A stretch of 64,000 nucleotides of DNA from Ophelia neglecta (Eukaryota): positions 47,430,001-47,494,000 of the forward strand of contig OZ260666.1 of NCBI GenBank assembly GCA_965285935.1, in the 5' to 3' direction. The position numbers and the translations under genes were made by a program. How positions within the stretch are numbered: position 1 is the stretch's first letter; the number at the start of each line of letters is the position of its first letter. Shown here piece by piece: positions 38,250-52,529 of the stretch. Below the pieces are notes generated by a model, which worked only from the letters and a program-made list of their open reading frames with translations, was not told the origin of the DNA and did not search any database.

Positions 38250-38422
38250 TTTATATGGTCGAGCGCTGTCTTTGGCATACGCGCACAGTGGGCGAGTGAT
38301 TGATACGGACAGGCTCCACGTCATAACTGCTTGGGCCAATGGCTGCCGACCTTTCAGTAAGCCATAGAAAGGCCCATCGACTCTGTCAATCTTCCAAGGA
38401 AGCGTGTTGACAACAATGACGG
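38250..38422 (-). promoter_or_regulatory. Candidate DLamide promoter: TATA box, CRE-like TGACGT, CCAAT box and PBX-like TGATTGAT
   Basis: Minus-strand CATATAAAGG (TATAAA 38255-38250), TGACGTGG (38323-38316), CCAAT 38336-38340, TGATTGAT 38297-38304 and a second TGACG at 38417, in a locally GC-richer island. Confidence 0.4.
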
Positions 38423-41400
38423 CCCATGAAGGTGGCATGAGTCTCAGCAACTTTAGATTGTCAGATCGTTCCTCCTGATTGCCTTCAGGTTGCCAGCCAA
38501 AAAAAGCCTGGCATAGGTTTTTCCTTCAAATTACATGTAGGCCAAACGGTATTTATAATGAGGAACTAAAATCGGTTATCTATAATCTGCTTTGAAATTG
38601 TACTTTTATCCGATCACTTTCTGCTTTCTATTCCTATCTGCGGCTTAACAGGAAAAAAACTTATTTATAAGACCCTGAGTACCGCTTGTATGTGCCATTT
38701 TTAACGTTTGCCGCAATTGCAAAAACATGGTTATAAAACCTAATCTTAATATTGTATTCATATAAACCTATGTAACAACGGGCAGTTTATAATTAGAGTT
38801 CCCAGTGTCTGGACGATGGCCTGGGCCATTAGAACCAAATAAACGCGTGATGTGGGCACGATATTATACACCCGGGAATTCTTGCTTCATTGCTGAATTT
38901 GTAAGAATCTGTATAATAAACCAATGATGTAGAAAAGCATCAACACAGTGTCTTATCATCCCATGGACGGCAAAGCTGGCGTCTTGATCAACATGTGTCA
39001 TGGAGGTTTGTGGTGTCGAATTATTGATTTAATGCCAAACGATTTGGAAACGTCGATTATAAGGTAATCGGTGTCCTGTGTGACACCCTTTTGTCATTGA
39101 GGCACAGTTAATCCTGAGACAGACGATGAGATTTACATGAAACTTACAGAAAATACAGATCAAATGTGTGCCCACATCGTACAAATATTACTCAATGATT
39201 AAAATAGTTTTAGGTTTCGGATGCAAAAATTACAATCTTTAAATCATAAATCCTCATTGGGCAAGGCAAAAAATTGGAAAAAAAGGTTACGGTATGCGCA
39301 ATCAGTTTTGCTATTGGAGCAATGTCTACTACTTTGCCCGGCACGACACAATAACACTGGGCTTGAATTCGCTTAATTAACCTCTTTACACATACCTGAA
39401 TCTCAAGAGCGATTTCATGCTAATTCATTTCTCGATCAAGTTAATGGCCTTCGTTACTACATTTAACAGTGGATATCCAACGCGGTAGGTTTGGTGTGGT
39501 GGCAGCTACACGGAAATAAACGTGGGCGTTGTGATTTTGCACTAAGTGTCTTCTGTCTGCCAGAGATGTTTCCACCCTGCGGGTGTCTCCGAATCTTGCC
39601 GCCAAGAAAATGTGATCTCGGCTTGATTAGGCAGGTATTTTCAACCATGAACTCTAGTGGTGTTTTTTCTATCATGAAATACCCTACTGCTGTTAACTAT
39701 TAAAACCACCCATATATGTTCTATTAGTACTCTCTCACATTAATTCATTTATGATTTACGCTAAAATGTAGGCCTATACGAGTAATACAAAATCCGGTCT
39801 TTTTTTGCATGTAAAATGGGGGCCACTGAACGCGTGCCTGTTGCTTTCTTTAGGCCTACTCTTGCCCTTTACATGCAATGAAGAACAACTCTGGTGACGG
39901 AGGACAACCCCACAGTAAGTGAGCCGTTTCATAGAAATGGCGATACACAGAGGAACCGCATCTGGAGGGGGGGGGGGGGGGGGGAGGGGGAGGGGCATTT
40001 GCACAGTAAGGCCACTCGCATATAAGGGGCCAGTCCATGGAGCACAGTGAATGAGAACAGACAGCATTTGAAATTCATTCCTAAGCGGTTGGAATCCCTC
40101 GAATTTTTCTGCGGATGGCACAGTTAGTCGATTAATCATTTAAAACGGTTCGGCGTTTGTGATGTTCCCTAATGGATTGTCATAGTATTGTTTATTATAA
40201 AAATTATTGCGTAGTTAAAAAAAAGTATTATCGTATGTTACTTTTATACCTAGGCCATATATCGCCAGAGGCGTTATATGCTTTCCGGTTGTCCTTATAG
40301 GAAGGAACTTATAAGACTATTAGTGCGAACAAGATAAACCAAATCCGATTGGGCACTCTTTCCGAAAAAACTTGTGATACTTTATCCAAAAATACAAAAT
40401 GGCCACCACAGCCGCGAAACCCGCTCCTATTTGTTAGCTCAATAATTTGTTTAACCGAAGCATGTACGGGCTTGTCCTTGAATAACACAAACCAATGTCA
40501 TGCTGGAATGAGGTTGTACGATTTTGAACGCGGTCAGAGTAGCCAAATTGCCTGCACGACTTGTTTTCTGTAAAAATTCAAATGGGAAAATTAAAGATTG
40601 GCCTAAAGACTAATCTCGCGTCTAATTATCAAGTTAAATGGCTACAAACCATCTCTTATCACGACCCCAAGATTTATTTCAGCTCAACCTCATAGGTTTT
40701 CTCATGGTCCCATTGAGTGGGGTGTAAGTGGGAAAAAACCGATTGAACACTGGCTTTATCCCGCAACCAATTTTGATGAAAAAGAAATAAAAGTAAACAT
40801 TTGATCCTTATAGCGTATAAGGATTTTTCTGCTATCGAAAACTGTTAAATTAACGGAAAACTCCGGGAACTAAGACATTAACTGTAAATAATTAATAAAA
40901 GCACCAGTCTTCCTATGCTCTGGTGATAATTATAATTTTACAGCTTTTCATGAGCGTTTTACACGTTGTAAAACCACTGTCAAACAAATTCTTGGCTAAA
41001 TTTATGTTTCTTCAGCTTATATTCCCATATCACAATACTAATTGACTGTTCACATGCACCGTCCTGTTTTCATCGGCGAAATAGTACATTCCCGGCTTCC
41101 CTGGGTGAATCCTATCTGGGTTTCGTGACTAAAGAAAGACAAGGAGGCCCAGAAACGTCTTAGCTACGTTTTGTGTCGGAAACAAGCCTTTCTTGGTTTT
41201 TGTAAGACTAAAGTAAGCAAGCAACCTAACGTGGGCAGCCAATTAAAAACGTAATCTAGATATTTTTTTAGCTCATGGGAACAGATTTTGCAAATTTGAA
41301 CAGGTGGGTCTTTGAATGGCTGTTTAGCCGGGAAAGGCAGAATCGTATTCAGTCGTTGGCTTTTCACGGTTTGCACTTAAACGTTAACACAAAAAAATGA

Positions 41401-44089
41401 CGCAGTGCTGAATTAATGACGATTCCGTCACCAATGACCATTCAAACGAATCTCCTTTATAACGAACAGTAGGTCTATCAGCATAGCATTCATTAATCAT
41501 TTCGTTGCTGTTACGTTTCACGCTTAAATAATCAGTGTATTGTAAGAATGTGGTTGGCATCATAAGGAAACTAACATCGTGGTTCTGAATGGGAGATCTT
41601 CATACTTTGACATATCCTAATCCTACCAATTATCGCTCGGCACCGTCATTAACACCCTTAAATATATCGTAGGCCTACAGGTATATGATATAAGATACAA
41701 CTTGATTTGGCTAAATAAGATAATCGTTTTACCAACCCAATTTACCTTCCAGGGCAAATAAATCTGTGAATGCTAAAAATCAATGGTGTTTACCTATAAG
41801 AACAGGTATTACACTCGGAAATGGTTGAACATTTGTAATGATTGATTCCATAGCCTTTTATTTTTATTAGGTTATATATCTTCAAGAATGCATCATTATT
41901 CCTTATTTCTTCAGGACAGGGACAAATAAGCAATATGTGGTTATGGTCATGTATGCAATGGTCAAAGAGTGGACATGACTCCGTCACTTCTGCGCAGCGC
42001 AGAGTTATTAATATTTACTGCTAATTATCCCTGTTTAGAATTAATAATACTGGTTTAATGAAAAGCCCACGTCATTGTATCAGAGTTAGCGCCCTCGATA
42101 ATTTTATGATTCACTTTGATATATCAAGTTACCCAGATGACATGGATGCGCACACAGTACAAATATAAATGTTGACATTTCTAAATTGGAACTCAAATTG
42201 TTTGTGAAAATCCACTCTGTTTAAAAGTGGTTTTTTTTTTCACTAAAAAAATTCTTATCCAAATTACGTTATATTATGGAACATTATGAAGTGCAGTATA
42301 TATTTTCTACACAAACTTCTCCTTGCCCCTCTAAATGTTCTTCCTAAATTTTCGAGTAATGTTCCATCAAAACACGTGACCTCTATGCACCCAGGTGAGC
42401 TTGGGGTTCCTGGGTTATCGCCCAGTCTTCCCTAAAAACAAACCGATCTATAACAATTGTCCCAGATTATGGGGCATTGTGTATCAGCATTTTTAAAGAT
42501 CATCTTCTTCAGAAACCGTGTAAAAGAAAAAGGGTCAATAAATACGAAAAAAAATAAAGCTCAGAAGCCTCAACATTTTTAAATGTGCTTTCATCTTCGA
42601 GATATGGAAACACAGAGACTCAAAACGTGACAATCACGGGAATACACACAGCACAGACGATGGTTGGAATACTAGTAATTTTCGGATAAAAAACCAACTC
42701 ACAAGATGTTAAGATAGTACACTTCATTTCATTAGCGGTTGTTTTAATGATAAAATGGTAGAAATCAGTCCAATCCTAAAAAGATGAACAAAAAAACAAA
42801 TGGTACCGTTTTTTAATACATCCGATTAATCGAAATAACTTGCTTAACGTGAAGTTATATTTAAACAAGAAATATATTCTATATTGGCTTTTTGAATATT
42901 CTAGAAAATGCCATCCTTTACTAATCAAACCATAAGTGGCCTCTAAGTATAAACATGCAGTGATTCGTGTATCATGAAGTCAAGTTTCCGATAGGCATGA
43001 ATATTATGTCGCGTAAAATTAGTATTTAACCTTTCTACATTGTACTTTTAACACGCTAAAGGTCACAAGTTTGCCGGAAACGTACATGAATTATTTATTC
43101 AATAACCAGTTATAAAAGTCAGTCTTTAAAACATAGTAGTAGTCGTTAGTTTGACGAAATATTTCAAATATCTATTATGGTAACACAGAGAATAAAATCA
43201 AATCAATTAAATATAAATAAATTTAATAGCATGGTATTTCGACTGATGGTAAATCACTCAATCCAGTATCATTCGGATTATCCTGCAGGTCATCAGCGAC
43301 ATCATGTTTCGTTTCGCTAACCCTGGACCCGCCGCAAATATTTCTTATTTTCTCCTTCACACACACATTACATTGGAAATGGGAGTTTCTGCAAATTTAT
43401 TGTAAATGATTCGTGTTATCGTTATATGTCAGCAATTGACTATATAGTATCTACTTCGGTGTTATCACGATTCAATCCTATGTTCTATTTTTGTGTTCGG
43501 TTTTTCTCAGAAGTAAAACTACGCTTGAAACCTTTCTAATAGATTGTCAGGTTTAATTTTCGCTCAGAATCATTTCACCGGACACAAAAATTGTACGCTT
43601 GAGGAATTAGAATATGTTTGTCATAAATAAAAAAAGTCACCAAAAGCGCCAGTAACCCCTCCCTCTCAATATTAAAAGCGTCAATAAAATTGGGGGGGGG
43701 GGGGGCAATCATTAGTTATATAGGCCAACTGCTCTTGATTATTTTTACGAATTTAACTAGGCGGTATCACAAAAATCCTGATTGAATTCTCGGCCATAGA
43801 AATATAACTTAATTTATACAGATTTTAATTTCATATTTTCAGTATTTTTATTTGAGTTACAAGTTTATTTACTGTTTGGTTGCTGTATGTGTCTTTAGTT
43901 TGCCTACCGTGTCTCCTCTCCCGTTTTTTAGCGGGAGTGATCCCTGCCCATGCCTCGCATTTATTTAATTTTGTCCCTACATATTAGTAATATTGAAGGG
44001 AGTGGGGGGCTTGTTTTACCAGAAAAATATGCTTCAGAGACTGACGACTACTGATTAGGTTCAGACTGCACGGAATAGCCAGACCGATA

Positions 44090-44380
44090 TGGCAGTATAG
44101 GTTATATACGTCAAATAAATGCCCCATCCTCAAAAAAGTGTGGAACAGGCGACACCAAACTCGGCCTCCTGACCTTACCTGCTTGGCACCCCACTCAAAG
44201 GTAAAACAAATGCACATATTGGATTTCTCAAAAAACAGTTGAGGTATTTGCCATAGAAGAACAAGCAATTTGCGGACAACTAGAAAAGTAACTAACGAGT
44301 GCTGAACTCCGTTACAGGTTAAAACAGCTCGGCACCTATTCAAAAAAGTCCATTGATTAAAGGTTGCCTCTATACGCAAA
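44090..44380 (+). mobile_element. Decayed Penelope-like element fragment (GIY-YIG C-terminus)
   Basis: Frameshifted fragments YIRQ.., TCLAPH....HILDFSK/TVEVFAIEE and LKQLGT resemble the YIGQT...ALAxH...HxxDF...VLxxE...IKxLxT end of Penelope endonucleases. Confidence 0.3.
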
Positions 44381-44849
44381 CTTGCATTTGGTGTCCAGCT
44401 GCAGTTATCACACCTACCAAGATTTTGCCAGTGAAGCCATTGACTCATTTGGTCACTCATGCGCAGTGAGAGAAAATTGGCTCATACTTATCCCCTATTG
44501 TATTTTTTCCTTTTTCTCCATAGATAAATAAAAGTACATTCTCGATTTTTTGTCAAGAACACTTTTTGGCTTTCTCAGTTAAGTCCTTCATTCCTGAAAT
44601 ATATCAATGCGGTTCTCAAAATAAATGTACGCCATTGCTGTTTTAGAAATCGCCATCCATGAAATTGCTAAAGTCCAGATATTCGAACGATCTGGCTAAG
44701 CTTGTTTATATCTCAGATTGACTGGACTATCAAATGACCCCACATGGCAATGTAATAAAGTTATCTAGGAGGCAAACAGACACGTTGGTGATCCGGGAGG
44801 CAAGCTTCACTTATGTAATAAAACGTTAAAAAGCGAAAACCATGCATTG

Positions 44850-44888
44850 GATAATAGATAATAGATAATAGATAATAGATGATAGATG
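44850..44888. repeat. (GATAATA)n simple repeat, about 5 copies
   Basis: gataatagataatagataatagataatagatgatagatg read directly from the sequence. Confidence 0.85.
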
Positions 44889-47800
44889 TAAATGGGATCT
44901 TGAAATGCAATAAACGTATGATGCTCAAAAACTTGCGAAGTATATTTCGACATGTGGCACTGAAGAAGTAAAATAATGCAAATATGGCTCTTGTAAATGT
45001 TCATTAAACGTTAACCAAGTTTGGTGTCTTATTAATTTTGTCCTACTTCTTCACACTGATGGGGAGAATGTACCACCACATGGTGTGTTTGCTTCTAACA
45101 AGTGGTGCTCAAATTACCCGTAAATATCCATTTCCCGCGAGCACACAGCTTTTGCATATCTAAGTAAAGGATACCCTCCCAATAATCATGTCCTTTGTTG
45201 GCGTTAGGTCCTGTTTCCGGTGTTATGCCAACTGGGATCACGACCAAGCAAGACAACAACAAAAGTTGAGACCAGTTTGCCAAGTGCAATACAAATGTAA
45301 ATATTAGCTATGTAAATAAATTTGGCTGTCATCATCGACAAATCAAACTCTTAGGCTTGAATTAATATGGTCAGTTGATGGGAAAAAGAACATACACTTT
45401 ACTGATACCAAACAACTTCGTAACAGCCTATTCTTCCACAAGTAAATCGATTATATATTACAACAATGGGTCGAATTTGAAGCTTGAGATTATATATATT
45501 TGGCGTAGGGATAAATGAGTTTATGAAGTCAAAAAATCTGTACGTTCATACCGCTCTTGTTATTAACAAAAAGGGCTGTGATATGTTATGCCTTACCCGA
45601 AGAACTCAAGCGACTTTAACCAGTGACGTTAACGTTGTGATTTCTTGGCATACGTTTGCTGTGGGCTCAGTTAGGTCATTTGAGTCTGATGGGCACGTGG
45701 TCTTTATTCAACGGTAATTAAGGCCTTATATTCCGAGATCATCATTACAAAATTTCCATCGGAATTGTGCAGGCGTGCCATACATGTAATTATTCCTATT
45801 TACAGAGAATGTGTATATTTTGCCAAACTAGGTCTGTTGTAGTTATACGTTTTGAATGTCTACTTCTGATTTATATGAATTATGTATACTCCTTCATTAA
45901 AAAGGTACTTATTTTCTAGGCAATAATTCTAGAACTTGAACTTAATGTTGACTACTTTGATTCACACATTGAAGGGAACAAGAGAATTCTTCAGGCACAG
46001 AAATATTTATTAATCAACATAATGGAAGTTGGATGGTCTTAAAGCCAATGCTTTTATCAATAAAAACGAGCGCCATAGTTACTTTGATCGGTGCCATTGC
46101 TCTCTTTCGTCGCACAATCAATCATGTGACACCGGAAACCGGTGCGGATGTAAGATGGATGTTGGGGGTTGGAGTGGGTGGGGGATGTAGAAGGGCTGCT
46201 GGCAGTTAGCACAGCCCCACCATTTGGAGAATATTATTCAACATTTTAGCCTTAATGGATATTTCAGGAGTAAATCATTTTCTCCCCTAACCCTCCCTGT
46301 ACGCAGCACATCCGGTAGCTGTTCTTTACTCCAGTGTGGTACCGCCCTTACTAACCGATAGGAACGGGTTGCAGAAGAACTCGTAAGAAATCGACTAGTT
46401 TTTGAACGAGCAAAGCACGATATGTCACTGACAACGAATAAAAAGCCGTGGTTGCTATTTATTTCCAACCACCCACTGCTACACACCTTCAGATCTTTGG
46501 CCTGTCGAAAAATGACAAGAATAGTTTAGTCTTTTAGTATGTATTATGTTCTGTAAACATATTACACCAACATTGCTATAAAGGAGTTTGCCTTTCTGTG
46601 TTAAGGAATCATCACATAGTTCACAACAACATTTTAAGTACTAGCAATATAAAAATATACGACGTGCACGTCCCATTTATACCTGAAAAAAAAACACATG
46701 TTAGATTATTTACTTGAAGTCTTTGAAGATCGTGCCTACATCCTTGTTTGGCTTGCTGATCGTGATTTTAAGTTCCCACAATTGCTTTTTCTTTCATTAG
46801 GATATGCGGTAAGAGCTTGTACCATCGAGAAAATGATAGAGAGGAACTTCGTGCTTTGATAGAGACAAAGTGTCGTTCCAAGTTTGTTGAAAAAGTATAC
46901 TCGACTAACTCTTGCGTTTCTAAGGCCCGATTAAACAGCCATCGATAACAAGGTACGTGCCGTCAAGTACCCGGATATCGCGTTGAACTACCCGGATATG
47001 ACCCAATTCAAAACGTCTCTTGCTTCTCCATGACGCATTCAATTTATGATCGTGTAGTGAATAAATGTGTTTATTAGTTCTAAAAATACACGGAGGAATG
47101 TATTGTCAGACGACTCAAATCGGATATATTTTGTTCATTACTGGGTGAAATTTTTATTTATCTATATTTTCTTAATAAAATTTCATCGGTCTTATTTGGG
47201 GTAAAATTAGGAATTCTCTTCTTTCAAAAGAATATTTCAGATTTCCTTAAGTCAACTTGTGACTACAACCTTTATGAAAAGGCAGCCATCACCACTGTTT
47301 GTTTTCTTTCTTGTTGATGCGGCTCATTTTTGTTTTATAATTGTGTTCCGCCGACTATTATGTGTCTTGAGAGTGTTTTTTCCTGGGCACTAATTCTAGG
47401 TTATATTTGCTGTGATGGTACCGAGTGCTGAAGAGGCAATTACACAAATGCATAACTGCTTCCTAGTTTTCACATGGGACCATGGATCTCTAGATTCATT
47501 TTTGCCCGTCTGTGTACTTGTTAATTAACGGTCTTCTCCATTATGAGCAATTATACTGTAGCATAAATTTTCACTAAAGTAATCACTACTAGTATTAACG
47601 GTTTCTCAAGGGACATTTTAGTGTTGTCCCTCAGCCCTAATTTGGATTCTGGTCGCCAACCTTACGGATAATGACACCGAGCAGGTACAGTTTAGGAAGG
47701 TCACGGATTATCCCATTCCTTTGCTTCAATTTTTTAGGACAATTTCAAAGCAGAAAGTCATTGCATACAATGCCGTGTTATTAAAAAAACCTTATAAATA

Positions 47801-49559
47801 TTTGAAAACAATGTTGTCTTATGATATATATATATTTAAGTCAGTTTTCTACATATGATCTCAAACTTTTTCTTTTCGGATAAAATTGTTTGCTTAAAAT
47901 TGGAAGAGGATTCACTTGGTGGTATTCACAGGTGCTAACACTTCTTATGTAACAAAGCAAAAGTGCACCCGCTCACGTTTTCAGAATTAAGTTTTTACTC
48001 GATATGAGGGCAATTGGGGAATGTTTGATTCTTGGGTTCGGATATCAGGGATTGAGAAAGGTAAATAAGTGTTCTAGTAAAATAGGAGTTGCTCAATTAA
48101 GGATGATTCAAATCAAGATAGATTAGTCCCTAGATCTGAACAATGCCGTAAACACAGATGAATATCCAAAACTAGCTTATCTAAAGTGTGAGTTAATAAG
48201 TAAAAAAATGTATACATCAGGTATTATAGCTGCCAGAACTCTCTAAACTATGACCTATTTAGGTGTGCGTTTATATGCCTACATTTTCTTAGCAAGCATG
48301 ACAAAAGCCTCAACCAACGATTAAAGACGTTTAAATACATATTTAGGTACATATTTAGGGTAGGCCTAGTCGACGCTACCACTTGTTTTACCTGAGATGG
48401 GGCATTTGAAATTTCCAAAATGGCCACATATTGAAAATACGTTAACCCTTAGTATTTATGTTTAATAAAAGTACTCTTTAACTGACAATTAATGTATGAA
48501 GCATGGCTTCCTGCAACAGCTATAGGAGCATGTCAATCACTTTATAGGACGCCGTGACCTAAATATGGGAAGTGGGTCAAATGTTTCGCTTGAAAGGAAA
48601 GTACCCTTGGTTTTCTTTCTATTTCTCGAAATCGGGACATAGGCAGCAGCTGTGTTGTCATGTCCACCTAAATGGAGTAGATAGAACAGTAGTCATGGAT
48701 ACGGACAAAGGGAATCAAGAAGATACCACTCGATAAATGCCATCTGACGCACAAAAACTTGGTGCATCATAATGATGAATTTCCAGAAAGTCGCAAGTAA
48801 TAAATTAATTATATGACAGGCATATAATCATGGCTATGAGTGACGTGAAACGTTTAATTGGTTCAAAAGCTGGGTAAGAAAAAAATCCATAGTTCAGCTT
48901 GCTATGAAATAATGCTTGACAATCTCCGACTGAGCGTTGATCGATTAAGATCACTCCCAGATAAATTCTTACGAATATCTAATAGGTGAAACTAAATCAA
49001 AATGAAAACTCATCAGAAGTGAATTTTATATTGGATTTGAATGACTGATAGATGGACGAAATGCAATCTCGGTGCATTGTCTTTGGTGTTGCTGTGGCTT
49101 ATCTTGTGATTGATACTATGCAGTTCGTTTTTTGGAAAATGATATAAACGAACGCGGCCATCCAGAGATATTCACACTGCTAACCAACAGTCATTTTTTC
49201 CCGTTTAAAGCGTAATGGCGTTTTAAGAATCTATGGTCAGCAAGTTTTGAGCAGGGCTATTTTTTCAGCTGTGCATTGGAATTTAACATGGGGAAGTTGT
49301 TTATCTGGCCTTTTCTCCTCACCCTTTAAAGTAGCCGGAACAAAATGCAGGATGATTAATGCATAATGAGGCTTTACAAATATGTAATTTTCATTTTGGT
49401 CCGATGCCTACATGGACTTTAATGAACACCAGCATTGCAAAATCACAAAATTAATCTTACTAAAACTGTGGACTAATCATATGCAGTGCTGTCACCTACT
49501 GGATTAGGAGCTTAACTAGGCTTGGTGATGTCATCTACGGCTGGTAGCACTGTGTTACG

Positions 49560-49800
49560 TTGGAGACAGCATTGCTACCTGTGCTTCGCCATCAGTAGAG
49601 AAGGGGGACGGGTAGTCAAATTGTAATATTTTGAATGGGTCATTGTCTTGGTTTGAGTGCTATCAAGGAGCTGATAGACAGATCTCTATTGCGATAAATG
49701 ATGTCTGTAATATCGCTGAGTTATTGGCGGGTCGGAGGTAATTGAACTCCGTGGTGACCAATCTGGTACTGACAGGAACCATTGGGGCAGCTGGCCCGAT
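49560..49800 (-). mobile_element. Possible decayed tRNA-derived SINE
   Basis: Minus strand begins gggccagctgccccaatggtt... with a B-box-like GAGTTCAATT near 49740-49750. No intact cloverleaf. Confidence 0.25.
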
Positions 49801-50260
49801 GACCCAAGTAATCGGCTGTACAGGCAGGCTAGTCTCGTCTGCTAACGATACTAATAATCAGCATCCTGGCTGTCAATAATATGACGCACATTCGCGCTAC
49901 AGAAAATTATTCTAAATCATTTTCTGATGCTTATAAACAAGTTAATTACTTCGATTCGTCAGGTTGCCTTTCGATAGAAGTGAAATGTATTGCTTTAGAG
50001 GAAGTAAAATTGTATAGTGATAAAAACTTATTTGTGTGAAGTTAAAAAACCGCCGACGCCTTTCTCTTTGTACCAGAGTACACAGCTCCGCACTCTCAAA
50101 CTTTAGGTAATGGGGCAAATAACATTAACCTCTGGTAAGAGAGTTACCGACGCCTATGGCGATTTATAAAAAGTTAACAGTTTAGTTAAACTGAAAATTA
50201 ACCAGCAATTGAAACCAAACAAACGCATTCAAATGTCGTTCATGAATGCATACGAAGTAT

Positions 50261-50518
50261 GGGACGGACCATTTGATATCCAGGGGGGGGGGGGGGGGGG
50301 CGACAAAAGTATGTGCTACTCAGAAAATTTATTTTTCACCCAAGTCACAGACATTAATTTTGTTTCACATTATTTGCTCTCAGAGCATTTATTAATCGGA
50401 ATCAGAATATTTTTTTTTACCTATTCGAAGACAGAAAATTTATTTTCAAGCAAATCTCATACAGATTTTTTTTTTCGTCGCTTCCCCCCCCCCCCCTGGA
50501 TATCAAATGGTCCGTCCC
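50261..50518. mobile_element. MITE (258 bp) with perfect TIRs GGGACGGACCATTTGATATCCAG(G)n
   Basis: 23-bp perfect TIR continuing into complementary poly-G/poly-C runs. Flanks TAT/TAA could be a Harbinger-like 3-bp TSD with one mismatch. Internal CAGAAAATTTATTTT subrepeats. Confidence 0.9.
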
Positions 50519-51629
50519 TAAATGATTCTCACCAAAGAAGTCCGATCATTGGATCCGGGGACAAAGTGTGCCTCTGTCATGGATCTCATCATTTTGTCCC
50601 TGTCATAGATCTCAACATACAGCGAAGGGTCTTTCAATTGCAAGCTACGAGGTAGCGTTAATCAGTAGTGGGCCATGATTTATCATATACTGCGTATTTC
50701 TAATACCGAAACCGATGGTCTCCTATAACATGAGTAACCACCGGCAGGTGACGTTTACACCGACCTCCCGGTGTCTTTGACAGCGCCGCGCTAGCCGAAT
50801 TTATGGGTTGGGCAGTCAATAATGTCTGGTTGTGACATTTCGATTTATCCAACTAGTATACAGACATATAGCAGACTAGTTTTATTAACTAGTTAACATC
50901 TACATGTAGGCCCAGTTTAAAGAAACCGTGCAACCAGGTCTCTGGCTTGCGAAACAAACGAGTACACGAGTTTCATTTACAATCAAGTAGGCCTAAATGA
51001 ACATTGCTTGCAAGAAGTAAACAGGTATATGGAGCTAGATTTATAGTTAATATTCATATCCAATTTTACATTGTATGGATGCTTTTGACGGAAATTGTTG
51101 CCAGACATATTAGAGCAGATCATTCACATAGATGATAAAGAACGACGTGGACAATTTCTTACGGAATCCATCCTTGGTTAACGCGATATGTTGGCGGATT
51201 TATTGTCATCTGTCACGACCGATGTATTTGCAGTAAATTATTTTAGTCATACGGGATGGTTTTGATGGATTCTGTATCCTTGCTCAGAAAAAGGTTGAAA
51301 CATATGGGTAAACAACATTAACAGTAACCCATTATCTGTTAGGCCTATAAGAGAATAGATATGTATAACAAGAAAATGGAATACCTTGTAAACTAGAACA
51401 AGTCGAGTATACCCTCCTAACCGCAAATAACAACCCCAACCCGACTTTCAATATCATTGACATGAAAGGAATGGTACATTACTAGGTAAAAAGGAACATA
51501 AAAAGGAAATACAGGTAGCACATGCATCTGTGCATGCTCAAAGACAACAAATTGACCCCATTTCACCCCCATAAGTGACCGCAGAGCAAAATGGGTGCTG
51601 GCGATACACCCCGTCAATACTCCGTATTG

Positions 51630-52230
51630 TGGGTCAGGTAAAATAACAGGGAAGTAAAATAGGGCACATAATGCGTACAGTAAAGAAGCACGGAGGTACA
51701 GCACTGTGTACCGTGTGTCAAGTAAAATAACATGAAGCTACAGCACCTTGTATAGTGTGTCAAGTAAAATAACACGGACGTACACCATGGTGTTACATAC
51801 AATAACATGAAGGTACAACACTGTGTATCGTGTGTCAAGTAAAATAACACGAAGGTACAACACTTTGTAACGTGTGTCAAGTAAAATAAAACGGAGGTAT
51901 GGCACTGTGTATAGTGTGTCAAGTAAAATGACACGGAGGTACAATACGGTGTAACGTGTGTCAGGTAAAACAACACGGAAGTACAACACTGTGTAAAATA
52001 ACACGGACTAGGTATAACACCACGTATTGTGTGTCATGTAAAATAACACGGAGGTGAAACACTGTCTATCATGGCAGACAAAATAACACGGAGGTATAAA
52101 CATTGTTTTGCGTGTCAGGTAAAGTGAATGATTGAAGCACAACAAACCGTGTATCATGACAGAGGAAATTACACCGATGTACAACATAGTGTATCGTGTC
52201 AGATAAGATATCTCGGAAGTTCAACAGGGT
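51630..52230. repeat. 42-bp minisatellite (gtgtcaagtaaaataacacggaggtacaacactgtgtatcgt), about 14 degenerate copies
   Basis: GTCAAG/GTCAGG anchors at 51717, 51759, 51834, 51876, 51918 and 51960 (42-bp period, one shortened unit). Explains the 14-aa periodic ORFs on the minus strand. Confidence 0.92.
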
Positions 52231-52529
52231 GGAAATGTTCTCAGTCACAAAGAGAGGTACCACATGGAGTTATTGTAGCTATATAGGCTATATGTTGAAA
52301 AGAAAAGCAGATCGTAGTATGTTATTGTTAGACTAAACGAAAAGAAGCAGAACAGTAACACAGCGTAACTTATCAGCAGGTTATAAAATGATCCGTCATT
52401 ATTGATCTTATTGCCAGGAGTAAAACTAAATGTAATACAATAGCCTGTACTTTTTTGTTGAGTAAAACAAAACGTGTAACAGCGGGTATCTTATTGTCAT
52501 GTAATGCAGACTCAATACAGTGTATAATA

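Noticed and set aside
43984-44460. 158-aa minus-strand ORF
   Set aside because: No recognisable domain or splice context. The opposite strand better resembles a decayed Penelope fragment.
50209-50655. 148-aa ORF with poly-Gly/poly-Pro
   Set aside because: Read-through of the MITE with G/C runs.
51630-52230. CRISPR-like array
   Set aside because: Head-to-tail degenerate tandem units without unique spacers, no cas genes, and a eukaryotic context.
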